A stretch of 64,000 nt of DNA, taken from Dictyostelium discoideum (taxonomy: Eukaryota). A program made the position numbers and the translations under genes. The notes under the pieces were generated by a model, which saw only the letters and a list, made by a program, of their open reading frames with translations, was not told the DNA's origin and ran no database searches. Location: the NCBI GenBank assembly GCA_000004695.1, contig CM000151.3:3904001-3968000 (forward strand). The letters are read 5' to 3'. This document shows, piece by piece, positions 50,678 to 63,430 of this stretch (the stretch's first letter is position 1; each line of letters starts with the position of its first letter).

Positions 50678-52243
50678 ATGGAAAATAATAATAATAATTT
50701 TATTGAAGAAGAAGAAGAATTAAGTGAACCAAAAGAAAAATGTGGAGTTTTTGCAATTTATGCACCAGAATTAGATGTTAGTAGAATTGCATTTTTTGGA
50801 TTAGTAGCATTACAACATAGAGGACAAGAATCATGTGGTATAGCAACCTATGATGAATTTCAAAGTGTACATGTAGAGACAGGTATGGGATTGGTGAATC
50901 AAGTTTTCAATGAAACTAATTTGAAGCCATTGAAGGGTAAGATGGCAATTGGACATACACGTTATTCAACAGCAGGAAAGAGTACATTGGTCAATGCACA
51001 ACCAGTGATTGTGCAAACATTGCATGGTCAAATTGGTATTGTACAAAATGGTAACCTCACCACTGCAAAGAGTTTAAGAAAAGAGTTGATGCAAAAGGGT
51101 GTTGGTTTCTTTATAGATAGTGATGTCGAAGTAATTACACAATTGTTATCCAACAATCCAGAGGGTTGCGATCCACATAAACCAAATTGGGAGAATAGAA
51201 TCGCCCATTTCATGAGCAAAGCAGAGGCTGCCTACGCATTGTGTTTGATGACACCCAACGGTATCTACGGTGTGCGTGACTCGTTGGGAATGCGTCCATT
51301 ATGCTTGGGCTCGTTGGAGGTGCCATGCAAGGACGACCCAACCAAGACCATCACTCGTTACGTGTTGACCTCAGAGTCTTGTGCCATCGGCACCATTGGC
51401 GCAAAGTTTATACGTGACGTTCGTCCAGGTGAAATCGTACACATCAACGAGAATGGTATCACCTCCTTCATTGGCCGTTCGCCATCGGATAATCCAGCAT
51501 TATGTGTTTTCGAATATGTTTATTTCTCACGTCCAGATTCATCAATGGAGGGCCAACTAATCCATATCGTCCGTCAACGTATGGGCGAGACATTGGCTCG
51601 TGAGTCACCACCACCACAAACCTGCTCCAACAATGACACCATTGTTATAGGTGTCCCCGACTCCTCATTACCCGCTGCCATTGGGTATGCCAAACAATCG
51701 GGTATCCCATTCACAGAGGGTTTAACAAAGAATCGTTACATTCATCGTACTTTTATTCAACCATCCGATCATTTACGTCAACAAGGTATAAAATTGAAAT
51801 TCAATCCACTCACAGAGAATATTCAAGGTAAGAAAGTGATACTCGTAGATGACAGTATCGTTAGAGCAAACACTATCAAAGCTTTAATTAAATTGATTAG
51901 AGGAGCTGGTGCCACTGAAATTCATGTCAGAATCTCCTCTCCACCAGTTTTACATCCATGTCACATGGGTATCGATATGGCAACATACGACCAACTCATT
52001 GGTCACAATAGAACAGTCGAAGAAATTCGTGAATATATAGGCGCTGAAAGTTTACAATATCTAACCCTAGAAGGTTTAATGAAATCTGTCAATATTGGTA
52101 TTAAACCACAAGCTGAAACTAATTCAACTCCATGTTTTTCAACTTCATCCCCAACTACAACCAAAATTAAAATTAATGAAAATAATCAAAAACATTGTGT
52201 TGCTTGTTTCACTGGTGATTATCCTTGCAGTTTAGATTTTTAA
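50678..52243 (+). CDS. purF: Amidophosphoribosyltransferase (glutamine PRPP amidotransferase, [4Fe-4S] type); single exon, 521 aa
   Basis: Propeptide [21 protein letters not shown], then the catalytic [10 protein letters not shown]... (N-terminal nucleophile Cys after processing); [16 protein letters not shown]; the PRTase motif [14 protein letters not shown]; and C-terminal Fe-S Cys ligands CHMGIDM...[15 protein letters not shown]. Confidence 0.95.
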
Positions 52244-52332
52244 AAATAAAATAAAATAAAATAAAATAAAATAAAATAAATAATTTTTTTAAAAAAAATA
52301 CAATTTTATTTTTTTTTTTTATTTTTTTTTTT

Positions 52333-53257
52333 TTATATCATTTGTAATGGACCAAAGGTTGCATTCATTTCTTCTTTTAATTCATTGATTTCATCCTCTG
52401 GTAAAGTAGATTCAATTTTTTCAATTAAAAAACTAATTTTATGAATGATTTCTTTAGATTTGTCGAGATTACCTTTAACTTTATCCATTACTTCTTTAAT
52501 ACCAAATTGAGCATGTGTTGCATCACTAGTTTTAATTTGCATAATATTAGTGATTTTCTTTGCTTGTTTAGTTTCAACATCTCGTATTTTTTGAAGGATT
52601 TCATTTTGTTTCTCATGAATATAACCTGTTGAATTCTTTAAATAATTTTGAATATCTATACATAAATTTAAATAACCACGATGATCCATTTCTGGTATTG
52701 ATATATGATGTTTCTTTTTTAAATATTTTATAAACTTTTCTTCATCTCCTAATATATCATCACCATTACCAACACTTTGATCTTGATCAAATTCATCATC
52801 ATCATCATCATCAATACTTAATAATGGATAAAACTATAATTAAATAAATAGATAGTTAGTCATTTATTTTAAAATACATTCTCAATCCTCAAATGACATA
52901 AAAAATAATAATAATTACAATTGGTGTATTAAATAATATATTTAATTCTGGTTCGTATTCTTCTTTTTTCTCTAATTGATTAATTGTTATAATTTCATTG
53001 GTACTAGTACTTTTACTTATTGATCCACTACCACTACTACCACCAGTAACACCACCAGTACTATTGTTTAATTGTTGTTTATTATCTGTATTATTATTAT
53101 TATTAAAGTGTGTATATTCATTTGGTATTATCTTTTGATTACTATTGTTAATTGTTCCATATTTTTGACTTTTATTATCTATATTTCCACCAACATATTC
53201 ACTAAAATTATTATTATTATTATTATTATTTTTATTTGGGCTTTCTGTTTGTCCCAT
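52333..53257 (-). CDS. N-myristoylated BORC subunit 5 (BORCS5/myrlysin/LOH12CR1)-like protein; 2 exons, 279 aa
   Basis: Exon 1 is 52919..53257 (MGQTESPNK..., MGxxxS myristoylation consensus, Asn-rich...ELNILFNTPI, donor GTAATT). The intron is 52834..52918. Exon 2 is 52333..52833 (FYPLLSIDDDDDDEF...MDHRGYLNLCIDIQNYLKNSTGYIHEKQNEILQKIRDVE...LPEDEINELKEEMNATFGPLQMI*). NTPIFYPLLS matches human IPTFQPLLKG, and the helical core matches [29 protein letters not shown]. The assignment is a moderate inference. Confidence 0.5.
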
Positions 53258-53279
53258 TACTTTTTTTTTTTTTTTATTG

Positions 53280-53320
<41 letters not shown>

Positions 53321-53547
53321 AAATTAAAATTAAAATAAAAATAAATTAAATTAAAAAAAAATTAAAAATAAAACAAAAAATTAAAAAAAATTAAAAATAA
53401 AAAATTAAAAAAAAAAAAATATTTTTTAAAAAGCCGACGTTTAGACGAAAAAAAAAAAAAACTTTTTATTTTTTTTCTTTTTTTTTTTTTTTTTTTTTCA
53501 TTTTGTAATCATTTATACCTTGTATCTGATTTATATACAAATAAATT

Positions 53548-55667
53548 ATGGATAATAGTATATTTTATAGTCTTGGAAATGGAATTAAATTTAATAAAAA
53601 TAAATATAAAAAAGAAATTGGAATTTTCAATGGTATAACATCTCATGAATTAGATAAACAAACTAAAACCAATAATAAAGTTCACTTTTTTAAAAATACA
53701 ACACCATCAACACCTGTAATTTCAAAAAAAGATAATATAAAACAAAAAAAAGAAGAAGAAGAAGATAATGATAATGATAATGAAGAATCAAAAGAAGATG
53801 ATGATTTTGTAGAAGATGATGATAATGATGATGATGATGATGATGATGATGAGGATGAAGAAAATGAAGAACCAAAAGAAAAAGAATTTATAAAACATCA
53901 AGTCAATAATGATGAGGAAGAAGAAGATATTACATTATTTAATAAATCAAATGAAAATGAAAATTCAGATGATTCAGATGATTCAGATGATTCTGGAAAA
54001 AATAAAAATAAAAATAAAAATAAAAAAGTTTCAAAAGAAACACAAGAGGATAAACATAAAAGAGAGATTGCAACATTTAGAAATAAACATAGAATTAAAG
54101 TTGATGGTACAGATATACCAGATCCAATGACAGAATTTTCACAATTAGAGAATAGATTCAAAGTTAGAAAATATCTTTTAAATAATATTAATGAGATTGG
54201 TTATAAAGAACCATCACCAATTCAAATGCAAGTTATACCAATTCTTTTAAAAGAAAGAGAAGTCGTTGCAATTGCACCAACTGGTTCTGGTAAAACTGCA
54301 TCTTTCTCCATTCCAATACTTCAAGCATTATATGAACCAAAAAAGGAGGGTTTTCGTTCAGTTATCATTGCACCAACTCGTGAACTTGCTCAACAAATTT
54401 ATCGTAATTTTAGATTACTCTCTAAAGGTAAACCATTTAGAATTTGTGTTTTATCTAAAAATTTACATAATCAATCAACAAATGAAAATTTAATTAAAAA
54501 TTATGGTAAAGTATTTAAAATCTAAAATCTAAAAAAAAAAAAAGTGGGGGTGAAATTATAATTTTAAAAAATTAAAATATCTAACTTTTTTTTTTTTGTA
54601 TTTTTTTATTTTTTTCAGATATTTTAATTACAACACCATTAAGATTAGTTTATTTAATTAAAGAAAATTTATTATCATTAAATAAAGTTGAATATTTAGT
54701 ATTTGATGAAGCAGATAAATTATTTGATAAGAATTTCCAAGAACAAGTTGATATTGTTGTAACAGCATGTCAAAATCCAAAATTAAAGATTTGTTTATTC
54801 AGTGCCACTATGAATCAACAAGTTGAGGAATTGGGTCATTCAATTATGAAAAATCCAATAAAGATTATAATTGGTGAACAAAATGCTGCAGCAATTACAG
54901 TTGATCAAAAATTAATTTATGTTGGTAAAGAGGAGGGAAAGTTATTGGCAGTTAGACAATTGATTCAAAAAGGTTTAGAACCACCCATTTTAATATTCAC
55001 TCAATCTAAAGAGAGAGCACATGATTTATTCCAAGAGTTGATTTTCGATGGTATCAATGTTGATGTAATTCATTCAGAGAGAACTCAATTCCAAAGAGAC
55101 ACAATCGTAAAGAAATTCCGTATGGGTAAGATTTGGGTACTAATTTGCACAGAGTTGATGGCAAGAGGTATGGATTTCAAAGGTGTCAATTTCGTTATTA
55201 ATTTCGATTTCCCTCATACCCTCGCTTCATACATTCACAGAATTGGTAGAACTGGTCGTGCTGGTAGACCTGGTGTAGCATATACCCTCTACACCGATGC
55301 CGATACTCCAATGTTACCAACCATCGTTCATGCTATGAAACAATCTGGTTCTCATGTTCCAGATTGGATGTTAAATCTAAAAGTTCAAGGTAAAAAGAAA
55401 CAACAATATAGATTAAAAGGTGTTGAAAGGGAATCATTTTCAACGATTCCCCTTAGTGAAAGAACTTCTTCAAAATTCAAACTTAGAAAAAATAAAAAAT
55501 CTTTCAATTTACCTGGTGATCAACAAAAATCAAATGAAAATAATAACAATAATAATAATAATAATAATGATAATAAAAAAAGAAAATCTTTTAATAATAA
55601 TGGTGAAAAAAATAATAATCCAGAAAGAAAACAAAAACAAATCAAAAAACCAAAAAAAATAATTTAA
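53548..55667 (+). CDS. ddx52: DEAD-box ATP-dependent RNA helicase, DDX52/Rok1 family; 2 exons, 668 aa
   Basis: Exon 1 is 53548..54505 (phase 1, donor GTAAAG) and exon 2 is 54619..55667 (acceptor TTTTTCAG). Acidic N-terminus; Q motif TEFSQL..PSPIQMQ; motif I AIAPTGSGKT; Ia PTRELAQQ; then across the splice (G)|DILITTPLRL, DEAD as VFDEAD, SAT, HRIGRTGRAG; a Lys/Asn-rich tail. Confidence 0.85.
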
Positions 55668-55917
55668 AATAATAATAATAAAAAAAAAAAAAAAAAAAAA
55701 TTTAATTTAAATCTTTTATAATCATTATTTTAAACCCAACCATCAAAACAATATTCAAAAAAAAAAATTCATTCATTTTTTTTTTTTTTTCAAATCATTT
55801 TTATTTGAAAACTGATCCCAATGGTTTATAAGAAAAAAAATTGGATTATTTTTTTATTTTTTATTTTTTATTTTTTTTTATTTTATTTTATTTTTTTTTT
55901 TTTTTCCTTTTGGTAAA

Positions 55918-55962
<45 letters not shown>

Positions 55963-56244
55963 TATAACTTTTTAACAGAAAAGAATAAATAATAAGATTT
56001 TTTTTTTTATTTTTAAATCTTTATTTTTAAATTAACCAAACAAAATAAAAAATAAAAAAATATAAAAATAAAAATTAATAAAAAGTAGAAAAGTCAAAAA
56101 ATATCTTGAAAAAAAAAAAAAAAAAAAAATATCTTTTTTTTTTTTTCTAAATTGAATTTTGATCAATTAAAAATTATAGATAATAATAATAATAAATAAC
56201 TTTTTAATAATAAAAATAATAAAAATAATAATAACAATAATAAA

Positions 56245-58822
56245 ATGTTTCGTTTATTTTCATCAGGTGTTGATGATTTAGTTTTAGTTTCAAATCCAAG
56301 TAATGGTGAGGTAACAAGTCAAATTGGTGCTAGATTTGATAGAGAATTAATTTATACAAATATTGGTGAAGTATTAATTGCTGTTAACCCTTATAAAGCA
56401 TTACCAATTACTGGTCCTGAATTTATTAAAGTAGGTTTTTTTTTTTATTATTTATTAAATTAATTTTTTTTTTTTTTATTTTTTTTTTATTTAAAAATTA
56501 TGTTTGGAAAATATTAATATTTATATATATATTTATATAATTTTTTATTTTAGTTGTATCAAAATGCATCAGGATCAGATGCTTCACCACATATTTATGC
56601 ATTAGCAGAAAGAGCATATAGAAGAATGGTTGATGAAAATGAATCACAATGTGTTATTATTTCAGGTGAATCAGGTGCTGGTAAAACAGTCTCTGCAAAA
56701 TTAATTTTACAATATGTTACATCAGTATCACCAAATAATAGTAGCGGTGGTGGCATTGGTGGTAGCGGTGGTGGAAATGGCGGAATTCCACAATATGATG
56801 GTGGTAGTGATGACCGTCCTTCACCACCAATGGGTAGAGGTATGGGTATGCCAGGTATGGTTGGTAGAGGTGGTTTGCCAACTAGAGGGGGTGGTCCACC
56901 ATCAAGAGGTGGAGGTCCACCACCAACTAGAGGTAGAGGTGGTCCACCACCACCAATTCCTCAAAATAGAGGAGCACCACCACCAGTTTCAAATGGAGGA
57001 GCACCACCACCAGTTGCAAGAGGTCCAGTTGCACCACCACCAACCAGAGGAGCACCACCAACAAGAGGGGGAGGTCCAGCAAATAGAGGTGGTAGAGGTG
57101 GTGGTCCACCACCAGTTTCAACATCAAGAGGTGGAGGTGGTTATGGTGGTAGTAGTAAAACAGTTGATGTTGAACATATTAAAAAGGTAATTTTAGATTC
57201 AAATCCATTAATGGAAGCAATTGGTAATGCTAAAACAGTTAGAAATGATAATTCATCACGTTTTGGTAAATATTTAGAGATTCAATTCGATGATAATAAT
57301 GCACCAGTTGGTGGATTAATTTCAACCTTTCTTTTAGAGAAAACAAGAGTAACATTCCAACAAAAGAATGAAAGAAATTTCCATATTTTCTATCAAATGT
57401 TGGGTGGATTAGATCAAACCACTAAATCTGAATGGGGATTAACTCAAGCCACCGATTTCTATTATCTTGCCCAAAGTAAATGTACAACCGTTGAGGATGT
57501 TGATGATGGTAAAGATTTTCATGAAGTTAAAGCAGCAATGGAGACCGTTGGAATTTCAAGAGATGAACAAACTGAAATCTTTAGAATTCTTGCTGCCATT
57601 TTACATGTTGGTAATATTCGTTTCCAAGGTGAAGCACCAGCTTCGGTCATTGATGAAACTCCATTACAATGGGCTGCTTCATTGTTGGGTTGTGATCCAA
57701 CATTCCTTTGTCAATCATTGAATCATAGACAAATTCAAAGTGGTAGTGCAAGACACACTCAATATCAAGTACCACAAAATCCTGATCAATCCGCTGGTCT
57801 TAGAGATGCATTGGCAAAAACCCTATATGAACGTATTTTCGATTTCATTGTAGCTCGTGTTAACAAGGCAATGTCTTTCAGTGGAAATTGCAAGGTCATT
57901 GGTGTTTTGGATATCTATGGTTTCGAAGTATTTGAACGTAACTCTTTTGAACAATTTTGTATCAATTATGTCAATGAACGTCTTCAACAGATCTTTATTG
58001 ATCTTACAGTTCGTGGTGAACAACGTGAGTATCATGAAGAGGGTATGAAATGGAAGGATATCAGTTTCTTTGATAATAAAATTGTAGTAGATCTTATCGA
58101 TGGAAATAAACCACCTGGTATCATGAGAGTTTTAGATGACGTTTGTAAAACGGTTCATGCTGTCGATAGTGCCGCTGCAGATATTAAATTCATGGAGAAA
58201 TTAATTCACTCCATTCAAAGTCATCCCCATTTAGTCATTTCAAATACTGGTTCCTCTGCTGATGAATTCACAATCAAACATTATGCCGGTGAAGTATCTT
58301 ATTCAATAGAAGAGTTTTGTTTCAAAAATAATGATAACCTTTACGCTTCAATCGTTGGTTGTCTTCAAAATTCAACCTATCAATTCATCGTATCTTTGTT
58401 CCCTGAAAATATTCAAGATAATAAACAAGCTCCTACCACTTCAAGTTTCAAAATTCGTCAATCTTCAAGTTATTTAGTAACTCGTTTATCCGCTTGTACT
58501 CCACATTACATTAGATGTATTAAACCAAATGATAAAAAACAACCAATGAATTTCGTCTCGTCAAGAGTTGAACATCAAGTTAAATATTTAGGTATTTTAG
58601 AAAATATTAAAGTTAAAAGATCTGGTTACGCTTATAGACAATTAAAAGATATCTTTTTAAATAGATTTGGTAAAATTATGGATGTTCAACCAAGAAATGT
58701 TCAAGAATTTGTTGAATATATAACTAGAACTCATAAAGATATTAATGCTGATGAATTTGAAGAAGGGTAAATTTATTAATTATAATTAATTTTATTTAAT
58801 TTTATTTTTAAAACTATTACTA

Positions 58823-58855
<33 letters not shown>

Positions 58856-59050
58856 CCTCTCCCCTTTAATAGAAAAACAAAAATCTTTGTAAAAAATCCA
58901 GAAACAATCTTTGTAATGGAAGATTTATTAATGCAAAAGATTGATCCAATTGGTTACAAGAATAGAGTACAAGCATACAAAGAAAATGAAAAATTGGCTC
59001 AAATGAAACAAGGTAAACACTCAATGAAACAAAAATGTCTTATTCAATAA
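56245..59050 (+). CDS. myoK: Class I unconventional myosin MyoK: motor domain with long Gly/Pro/Arg loop-1 insert, essentially no tail, C-terminal CAAX (CLIQ); 3 exons, about 858 aa
   Basis: Exon 1 is 56245..56430 (MFRLFSSGVDDLVLVSNPSNGEVTS...VNPYKALPITGPEFIK, donor GTAGGT). Exon 2 is 56554..58766 (LYQNASGSDASPHIYALAERAYR...P-loop GESGAGKT...about 140-aa GPR insert RGGGPPSRGGGPPPTRGRGGPPPP......NDNSSRFGKYLEIQFD (switch-1 region)...DIYGFE (switch-2)...CIKPN..., phase 2, donor GTAAAT). Exon 3 is 58873..59050 (GKTKIFVKNPETIFVMEDLL...KQKCLIQ*). Track ORFs 56714..57190 and 56927..57127 are alternate frames of the GC-rich insert. Confidence 0.9.
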
Positions 59051-59500
59051 ATTAATTTATTAGAAAAAAAAAAAAAAAAAAAAAAAAAAAACATAAACAT
59101 AAAAATAATAATAATAATAATAATTATAATAATAAAAATAAAAATATCAAATCAACAAATAATGTACTTTAAAAATAAAAAAATAAAAAATAAAATATTT
59201 ATTCCGAAAATTTATATTAAGTTTGTTTATTGTTTTTTTTATTTTTTTTTTAAAATAACTAATTTTCCATAAAACTATTGTCAAATTTTCAATGTGGTTA
59301 ATTACCCACAAACTTTTTTTTTATTTTTTTTATTTTTCAGTAATAATTTAATTTTTGGAGAAGATGTGGAAAATAACAAACCACAACACAAGGCAATTTT
59401 TTTTTTTAAATAATTATTTTAAAACAATATAAATATTTGTGGTTTTTGTTTTAATTTTGTTAAATTTTTTTATAAAAAAAAATAAAATCATATATCAAAT

Positions 59501-60860
59501 ATGAAATTATTTATTTTAATTATAATTTTATCTTTTTTTTTAAAAAATGTTTATTGTAAAAATAATTTCAAAATTGTAGATCCAAAATATGTAAAAGAAA
59601 TTCATTCAAATGAAGCTTCAGTTATTTACATTTTGGATAATAAAAATAATCTCTGGGCAAAAAATACAACTGAAAATTTTGAATCTAAACATCTTATTAA
59701 ATTAATTCCATTGGAAAATCCAAAGATATTAGGATCATTTTTAAATGATACTGTAAGTGTTTCAATTAAATATATATTATAATAAAAATAATTAATTTTA
59801 AATAATAATTAATATTTTAGTTAATATTAAATTAAAAAAATTCAAAATAATATAGTTGTTTATTATTGGTTCAAAATACCAAGAATTATATTATAACTAT
59901 AAAATATTTGACCCTTTATTTAAACCCATATTATTGATTTCAAATTACAATAATTATCACTATTCAATGAATATTCAAGATGGTGGTAAATCTATTAATT
60001 TTTATTCAATGACAACAAAGAGAAATCAAGGTATTGATTATTTTTCAATTTCAATTGAAAATCTTAATATTAAAGATTCAAATTTTGAAAATGTTATCAA
60101 TTTAAATGCTTTAACCAACAATAATAATAAATTATTTATAACTAATATTAGTGTTGATTCAAAATCAATTGAATCTTTCAAGTTTTCTCATGATAAATAT
60201 AATGATATTTATCGTTGTTTAATTAAAGAAAAACAAACCAATAATACATGGATAGTTTCATTGGAAAAAGGATCAATTGGAATGTTTAAGGTTGATATGG
60301 GAGTTGTTAATTTTGATAATATTATATTTGTTTCAAAAGATTTTAAATCTATGATGTTTAGTTATATTGGTAATCATAGTAATTTAATGGCTGTATCCTG
60401 TGATTTAAAAAATAATATAACTAATATTGAAGAAATGGTTTTACAATCACCTAATAATTCCTATCAAATTATTTCAGATGCAAATAAGGAATTTATGTTT
60501 TTATCTTGCAAGACTTTGGCAGAATGCTTTTTACATACATTTTCATCAATTGATTTTTCCTTTATTTCAACAACAAGATTATTTAGATTAAATTTGGATG
60601 GTAATACTCCACTCTCAATTAACTCTGTTTATTATGTTTTCAGAAGAAATAGAATTGAATTAAATGATGAAGATGATACTATACTTATTGCAATCCTAGT
60701 TCCAATATTTACTTTTTCCTTAGTACTTTTAGTTGGCTTATCTTATTATTTTATTGTTGTAAAAAACAAATCACAAAATAAACACAAAGAAAAAAAATTG
60801 GAAAGTGTTGAAATTCCAAAAGATATAATAACAAGTGGTGCTGACTTTGAAATTGATTAA
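59501..60860 (+). CDS. Hypothetical type I membrane protein (signal peptide, about 370-aa Asn/Ser-rich ectodomain, single C-terminal TM helix, short cytoplasmic tail); 2 exons, 418 aa
   Basis: Exon 1 is 59501..59752 (MKLFILIIILSFFLKNVYC|KNNFK...FLNDT, donor GTAAGT). Exon 2 is 59856..60860 (acceptor TATAG; track 'M' is TTG): LFIIGSKYQ...Cys-containing ectodomain...ILIAILVPIFTFSLVLLVGLSYYFIVV KNKSQNKHKEKKLESVEIPKDIITSGADFEID*. No family recognised. Confidence 0.55.
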
Positions 60861-63203
60861 TATTTAAAAAAAATAAAATAAAATAAAATTAATAAAACAA
60901 AAAAAAAATTAATATCCTCTACCATCTAATATATATATATACTGAAATATTTTTTTATTATGTTAATATTTAAAAAAACAAATAACCAAATCAGTTTTAA
61001 GGTGTCACCATTCGGTTCTCTCACCTAGGCACATCAGCCAATTTTAAAATTGTTTTTTTTTTTTTTTTTTTTCCAATTGCAAAAATAAAAAAAAAGTTTT
61101 GATTTGAATCTGGTTTAATAATTGGTTCTAATATTATAATTCCAACTAGTTAAAATTTAACTATTTCAAGTTCATCTAATATTATTTTAAATCAAATTAA
61201 TATTGATGGCATATTTTATTAATATTTCAACATTTCAATTTAATAAATGTTGGGATGTATAATTAAAAAAAAAAAAAATAAAAAAAAAAAAAAAATAAAA
61301 AAATATTATCAAAAAGGATTAAAAATAAAAAAAAAAACCAATTTCTTTTATTTTATATTATTTTTTATTATAAATAACAAGTTTAATTTCTATTTTATTT
61401 TATTTTATTTTATTTAAATTAATTTTATTTTTTATTATAAACAACAAGTTTTGACTTTGTTTTTTTTATTATAAATAACAAAATATTTTAAACCTTGTTT
61501 TTTATATTTAAACTATAATTAAACCTGGGGAAATAACTGGTGATTAAAAGAACTTCAATTTGTTGTTATGTTTTGCTAATTGGGAAAATTAACAAAAAAA
61601 AAAAGATTTTTTTTTTTTCCAAAATCCCGAAAAATTTAAGGAAAAAAAGAAATAAAAATATAATAAGAATTGGAATAATAATAAAAAAAACAAAAAAAAA
61701 AAAGTTGGAGATGAAAATAGATTAATAATTTTAACTTAATAAATAATGAGTAAAAAATTTTTTTTTTTTTTTTTTTTTTCTTTATTATTATAAAAAAAAA
61801 TTCCTCTCCAATGCTAAAAAAAAACAATCATTGCCCCACCATTTTAACCTTTTTTTTTTAAAAAACGACAAGATTTTTTTTTATTTTTTTATTTTATTTT
61901 TATTTTATTTTATTTTTTTATTTTTTACTTTTTTTTTTTTTTAAAATTTTTTTTTTTTTTTCAACAAAGCTACTTTTTTTTTTATTTTTTTTTTTTTTTT
62001 TTTTGTTCACATTCATAGCATAATAATAATTATTGTTGTTATTAAAATTTCAAAAATTATTGTGTTATAGCATTTGAAGTTTTATTTTTTTATATATATT
62101 AATTATATATATATTTTTTTTCAAAAAAAAAAAAATTAAAGTGAAGAAGAGGTAAATACAACTAAAAAAAAAAATTTAAAAAAAAATTAATATATATATA
62201 TATATATATCTATTATATTGTATTTATATATATGTATATATATATATATTGGTTATTTATAAATAGTTGTTTTACCTCTTTTAAATTTTTAATTTTTTTT
62301 TTTTTTTTTTCTAAAATCTTCCTGTTTCCTTTTTTTATTAGATCTTTTTTTTTTTTTTAATTTTTTTTTTATATTTTTTTTTTTATATTTTTTTTTTTTT
62401 ATTTTTAAATTTTATTTATTTTATTTTATTTTATTATTTTTTTTTTTTGAACTAAAAAACTAAAAAACAAAAAACAAAACAAATAAAAAAATATAGAAAA
62501 ATAAATAAATAATAAATAATAAAAAATACATAATAAAACCTTCACCTATGGAATGGCAAATGCTATAAATATATTTTGTAAAAAGAAATAAATATAAAAT
62601 CTATAAAAAAAAAAAAAAAAAAAAAAAAGTAATAATTAAAATTGTTCAAATAATTCAGTTATATCTTTATTTTTATATTTTTAATTTTTATTATTTTTAT
62701 ATTTTTTTTCAAACCCACACACCCCACAGGATAATATTTTTAAAAAAAAAATAAAAAAAAATAATAAAAGAAAGGGGGATTTTGATTATTTATACTGTTA
62801 TTTTTGCCCGATTAGATTCATTATATTTTTTTTTTCTTTTGTCTACTAATTTTTAGGAATAAAAGTATGAAAATCACAATGTAATCAACACCAATTTCCG
62901 AATATTTTTATTATAAAAAAATCTATTTTTTTTTTTATATTTTTTTTTTATATTTTTTTTTTTTTTTATTAATAATTTTTTTTTTTTATTAATAATTTTT
63001 TTTTTTTTTTTTTTTTTATTATCATAAATTATATTGTATATCTATTTTATTTTTTTATATAATGTTTATTATTTATATTAATAAAGAATCATTTCTTTAA
63101 TAGATAATATTTTATTATTTTAATTGTGTGTTGTACTATTCATTTTTTTTTCAAAATCAATTATTATTATTATTTTTTTTTTTTTTGTGTTGCATTAAAA
63201 TTA

Positions 63204-63234
<31 letters not shown>

Positions 63235-63430
63235 CCTTAAATTAATAATAATAATAATAAAAAAAATTACAGGGAATAGAAACCGAATCTGCAAATAATA
63301 TTTTTTTTCAATTTCTTTCCGTCTTTTATACCGATTTAGTACCTACATCCAATAATAATAATAAAAACCAGTTTTTTTTTTTTTTTTTCAAATTCTACTT
63401 ACTTTACCAAAAGCATTACACTATTTCCTA

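Noticed and set aside
56714-57190. ORFs 56714..57190(+) and 56927..57127(-) (His/Val/Glu-rich) within myoK
   Set aside because: Alternate frames of the GC-rich Gly/Pro/Arg insert. The myosin frame is continuous and homologous on both sides.
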